Shown piece after piece: positions 61,146-64,000 of a DNA stretch of 64,000 nt. The stretch covers positions 31,496,001 to 31,560,000 of the forward strand of contig OY740811.1 of NCBI GenBank assembly GCA_963514005.1. The letters run 5' to 3'. How positions within the stretch are numbered: the stretch's first letter is position 1; every line of letters begins with the position of its first letter. Source of the DNA: Raja brachyura. Its lineage: Eukaryota. The notes below the pieces were generated by a model, which was not told the DNA's origin, did no database searches, and saw only the letters and a program-made list of their open reading frames with translations. Made by a program: the position numbers and the translations under genes.

Positions 61146-64000
61146 GGAGGATCGGCGAGGATCATACCATGAATATCCTACAGATCGAGCCTACTTTGAT
61201 GCGGTTAGGGGCCCAGCTGCTGCATTCCCTGAAGATCCTCGGAGAGACTACCGTGCAAGAAGCAGAGATTTTTATGCCGAATGGGATCCCTACCAGGGTG
61301 ATTATTATGATCCTCGCTACTATGAAGATCCACGGGAGTACAGAGACTACAGAGATCCCTATGAACAGGACATAAGGGAGTACAGTTATCGACAGCGAGA
61401 GAGGGAGAGGGAGAGGGAACGTTACGAATCTGATAGAGAGCGAGATCATGAAAGGCGGACTTGTGAACGAAGCCAAAGCCCGACACATTCGAGAAGAGCC
61501 CAGAGTTGTAGTGCGTCACCGACGCAGTCTGAGAGGCACCAGAGTGACAGCATGGACTCGGAGCGGAGAATATACAGTCGATCGTCAGATCGTAGTGGTA
61601 GTTGCAGCTCGCTGTCACCCCCTCGATATGATAAAGTTGAGAAGACTGACAAAGTCCGACCAGAGCGCTATGATAAAAATGAAAAGGAGAAAGACCGGCT
61701 GTTTGAACCCGAAAGAGTTGATAAAAGGGCCCAAAGGAAAGAAAAGGTTGAGAAATTGGAAAAGGCAAAAAAAATCGAAAAACCTGAAATGGAAAAACCA
61801 GAGAAGAAGGAGAAAACTGAGAAGCTCAAACTACGCAAGGTGAAGCCTCCAACTCCAAGTACCCCATCTTCTGAAACAGACCAAGAAGTAGACAGAGATC
61901 CAAATCCTGATGGACAAAAGGGGAAAACAAAACAAGGGAAAGAAAAAGCAGAGAAAGACGGGGCTTCAAAAAATCGTTTAGATTTAATTCCCTGTGTGGT
62001 GTTAACACGTGTAAAAGAGAGAGAGACAAAAGTGATTGAACCCCTGATTCTGGAGAAGTCGAGAGGAAAGCCAGAGAATGATGTGGTCAAATCTCCTCCT
62101 GCAGAACAACATAAAGTACAGTTAACACGACTTGATCAGACAAAGACAGAGCTGTCAAAAGTGGAGCCCATTAGGCCAAAAATGTTGAAAGAGAAACTGC
62201 TTGCCAGCCAAATAGAAATCGTGGACAAGGAAGTGAAAATTAAGCATAAAAAGAACCTCAAACCTGAACCATGTGCTGATGCACCGAATGCAATGGACAT
62301 TGACAAACTGGAAGCAAGGAAGAGGCGTTTTGCGGATCCAACGTTAAGAACAGACAGGCAGAAGTTAGAGGTTAAGCGAAGCAGTCAAGAGGAAGAGGAA
62401 CTGCGTCAAGGTCTAAAAAAACAACCTGAGCCGGCTCCCTGGAGAGAAGTGGGTAAAGAAGGAGACGTTGACCGCAGACCGGTGCGGAAAGAATCGCTCA
62501 AACGAGAGCACAGAAAAATTAAGCAAGAAAAATTAATTCCAGCATTCAGCCCCAGGGAAGGGCAGGAGCCTGCCAACGTTTCTGTCGGGATTGGCCTGCG
62601 GCCTGGCGTGGATGTACAGTCTAGAATATGTGAGCCATCTGAAGACTTGGTGGATGTTCAAGAAGTTGGATTGAAGAAAGTGAACACACCAAAACCTCTG
62701 CTTAAGGGAGTTCTTCAGCAACTGCTTCCACACCTTGATGAGATATCGGGAGAAGGGGATATGAAAAGAGATGAACGGAAGAGAAAATATAGTGGCACTG
62801 AAGATGCAAATGATCACAAGTCCACCCATGAGAAATCGCAGACGGCTGAAGCAGAAGAGAAACTAGGGATTGATATTGATTACACCCAGAGTTACCGGAA
62901 ACAAATGGAGCAGAACCGCAAGCTGAAGCAGCAACAGGAGATGGAGATGGCAAAATCAGAGAAATTCAACAGCCCCAGAAAAGATAATCCAGACGAATTT
63001 GACAGAAGAAGTTTGGTCCATGAAGTGGGGAAGCCACCTCAAGATGTCACAGACGACTCTCCTCCAGTTAAACGGAAAAAAACAGACCAATTTGATTTTG
63101 AGATTAGCATGAAACGAGAGAGAAATTATAGGAGTTCCCGTCAGCAAAGTGAGGATTCCGAAAAAACTGTCCTTTCCCCTGGGTTTCGGCATATTCTGTC
63201 CTATCAGGATGAAGATGATAACTCGGTCTCTCCACATCAGACATTGCCACATCAGACATTGCCACCGAAAGAACCTAAAGTTTCTCCCAAGCCAGACTCC
63301 ACCATTCAAGTTCCTGTTAAAGAAGAACCTTTGAAGTGCAATTCTTATGAATCAAATAAGCGAGAACAAATTTTGGACTTGTCCAGAATTAAAATAACAT
63401 CTCAGAGCTCTGAGGAGGAGACAGCCCGCTGGGAAACACGTTTGAAACTAGAGGCAAGTAGACCTGACGTTAGCTTTCCAAGTAGCGTTATAAAACGCGA
63501 TGGAATTCGCAAGCGTTCTGTGCGTGAGCTCGAACCAGGAGAGGTACCCAGCGATTCTGATGAGGATAATGAACATAAATCTCATTCACCAAAAGCCTCA
63601 ACTTCTTTTGAGAGTTCTAGGTTGCCTTTGTTTCTACGAAATAGGGAGGATGATAGGATATCGGACTTGAAGCTATCGGGTTCTCTGGAAAGAAATAAAT
63701 TTTATTCCTTTGCCCTTGACAAGACGATTACCCCGGACACCAAGGCTTTACTAGAGAGGGCAAAGTCTCTGTCGTCATCCCGAGAAGAAAATTGGTCATT
63801 TCTGGATCGAGATTCCAGGTTTGCCAACTTCAGGAAAGATAAAGATAAGGAAAAGGTGGAATCGGCACCAAGGCCAATCCCCTCTTGGTACATGAAAAAG
63901 AAAAAAATTAGAACAGATTCTGATGGTAAAATGGATGAAAAGAAAGAAGACCACAAGGAGGACGAGCAAGAGAGGCAGGAACTATTTGCTTCCCGTTTCC
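61146..64000 (+). CDS. SPEN: SPEN giant coding exon 11, 5' part (cut by window end)
   Basis: TAGCAG acceptor; one frame reads EDRRGSYHEYPTDRAYFD, DPYEQDIREYSYRQRERERERERYE, LGIDIDYTQSYRKQMEQNRKLKQQ and finally APRPIPSWYMKKKKIRTDSDGKMDEKKEDHKEDEQERQELFASRF, matching SPEN. Absent from the ORF track, presumably because no stop falls inside the window. Confidence 0.96.

Noticed and set aside
61162-63956. Antisense and off-frame ORFs in the last 3 kb
   Set aside because: Shadows of the SPEN exon 11 reading frame.

Overview
This is vertebrate genomic DNA. The repeat content (HE1-like SINEs, CR1/HER1-like LINEs, Rex/Babar LINEs, Penelope-like elements) suggests a cartilaginous fish, probably a skate or ray; that is an inference. 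The window holds the promoter and 5' part of one gene on the + strand, SPEN (SHARP/MINT). Coding exons 1-10 can be spliced by hand with GT-AG junctions and consistent phases and encode four RRMs; the giant exon 11 is still open at base 64000. The rest is intron, including a 32 kb intron 3, filled with retroelement fragments, and almost all track ORFs outside the exons are spurious or repeat-derived. No new system is demonstrable from sequence alone. Best leads: (i) about 16 copies of a Penelope-derived repeat with a minimal hammerhead-ribozyme-like core, several intact and sense to the pre-mRNA, including a tandem pair; (ii) an 88-nt near-perfect inverted pair of these repeats bracketing exons 2-3, which would form a stop-free 792-nt circle; (iii) a GC-rich intron 3 element with two long interleaved helices whose mismatches are all G-U compatible; (iv) a promoter with tandem NRF1 units, clustered YY1 and RBPJ motifs and two uORFs.
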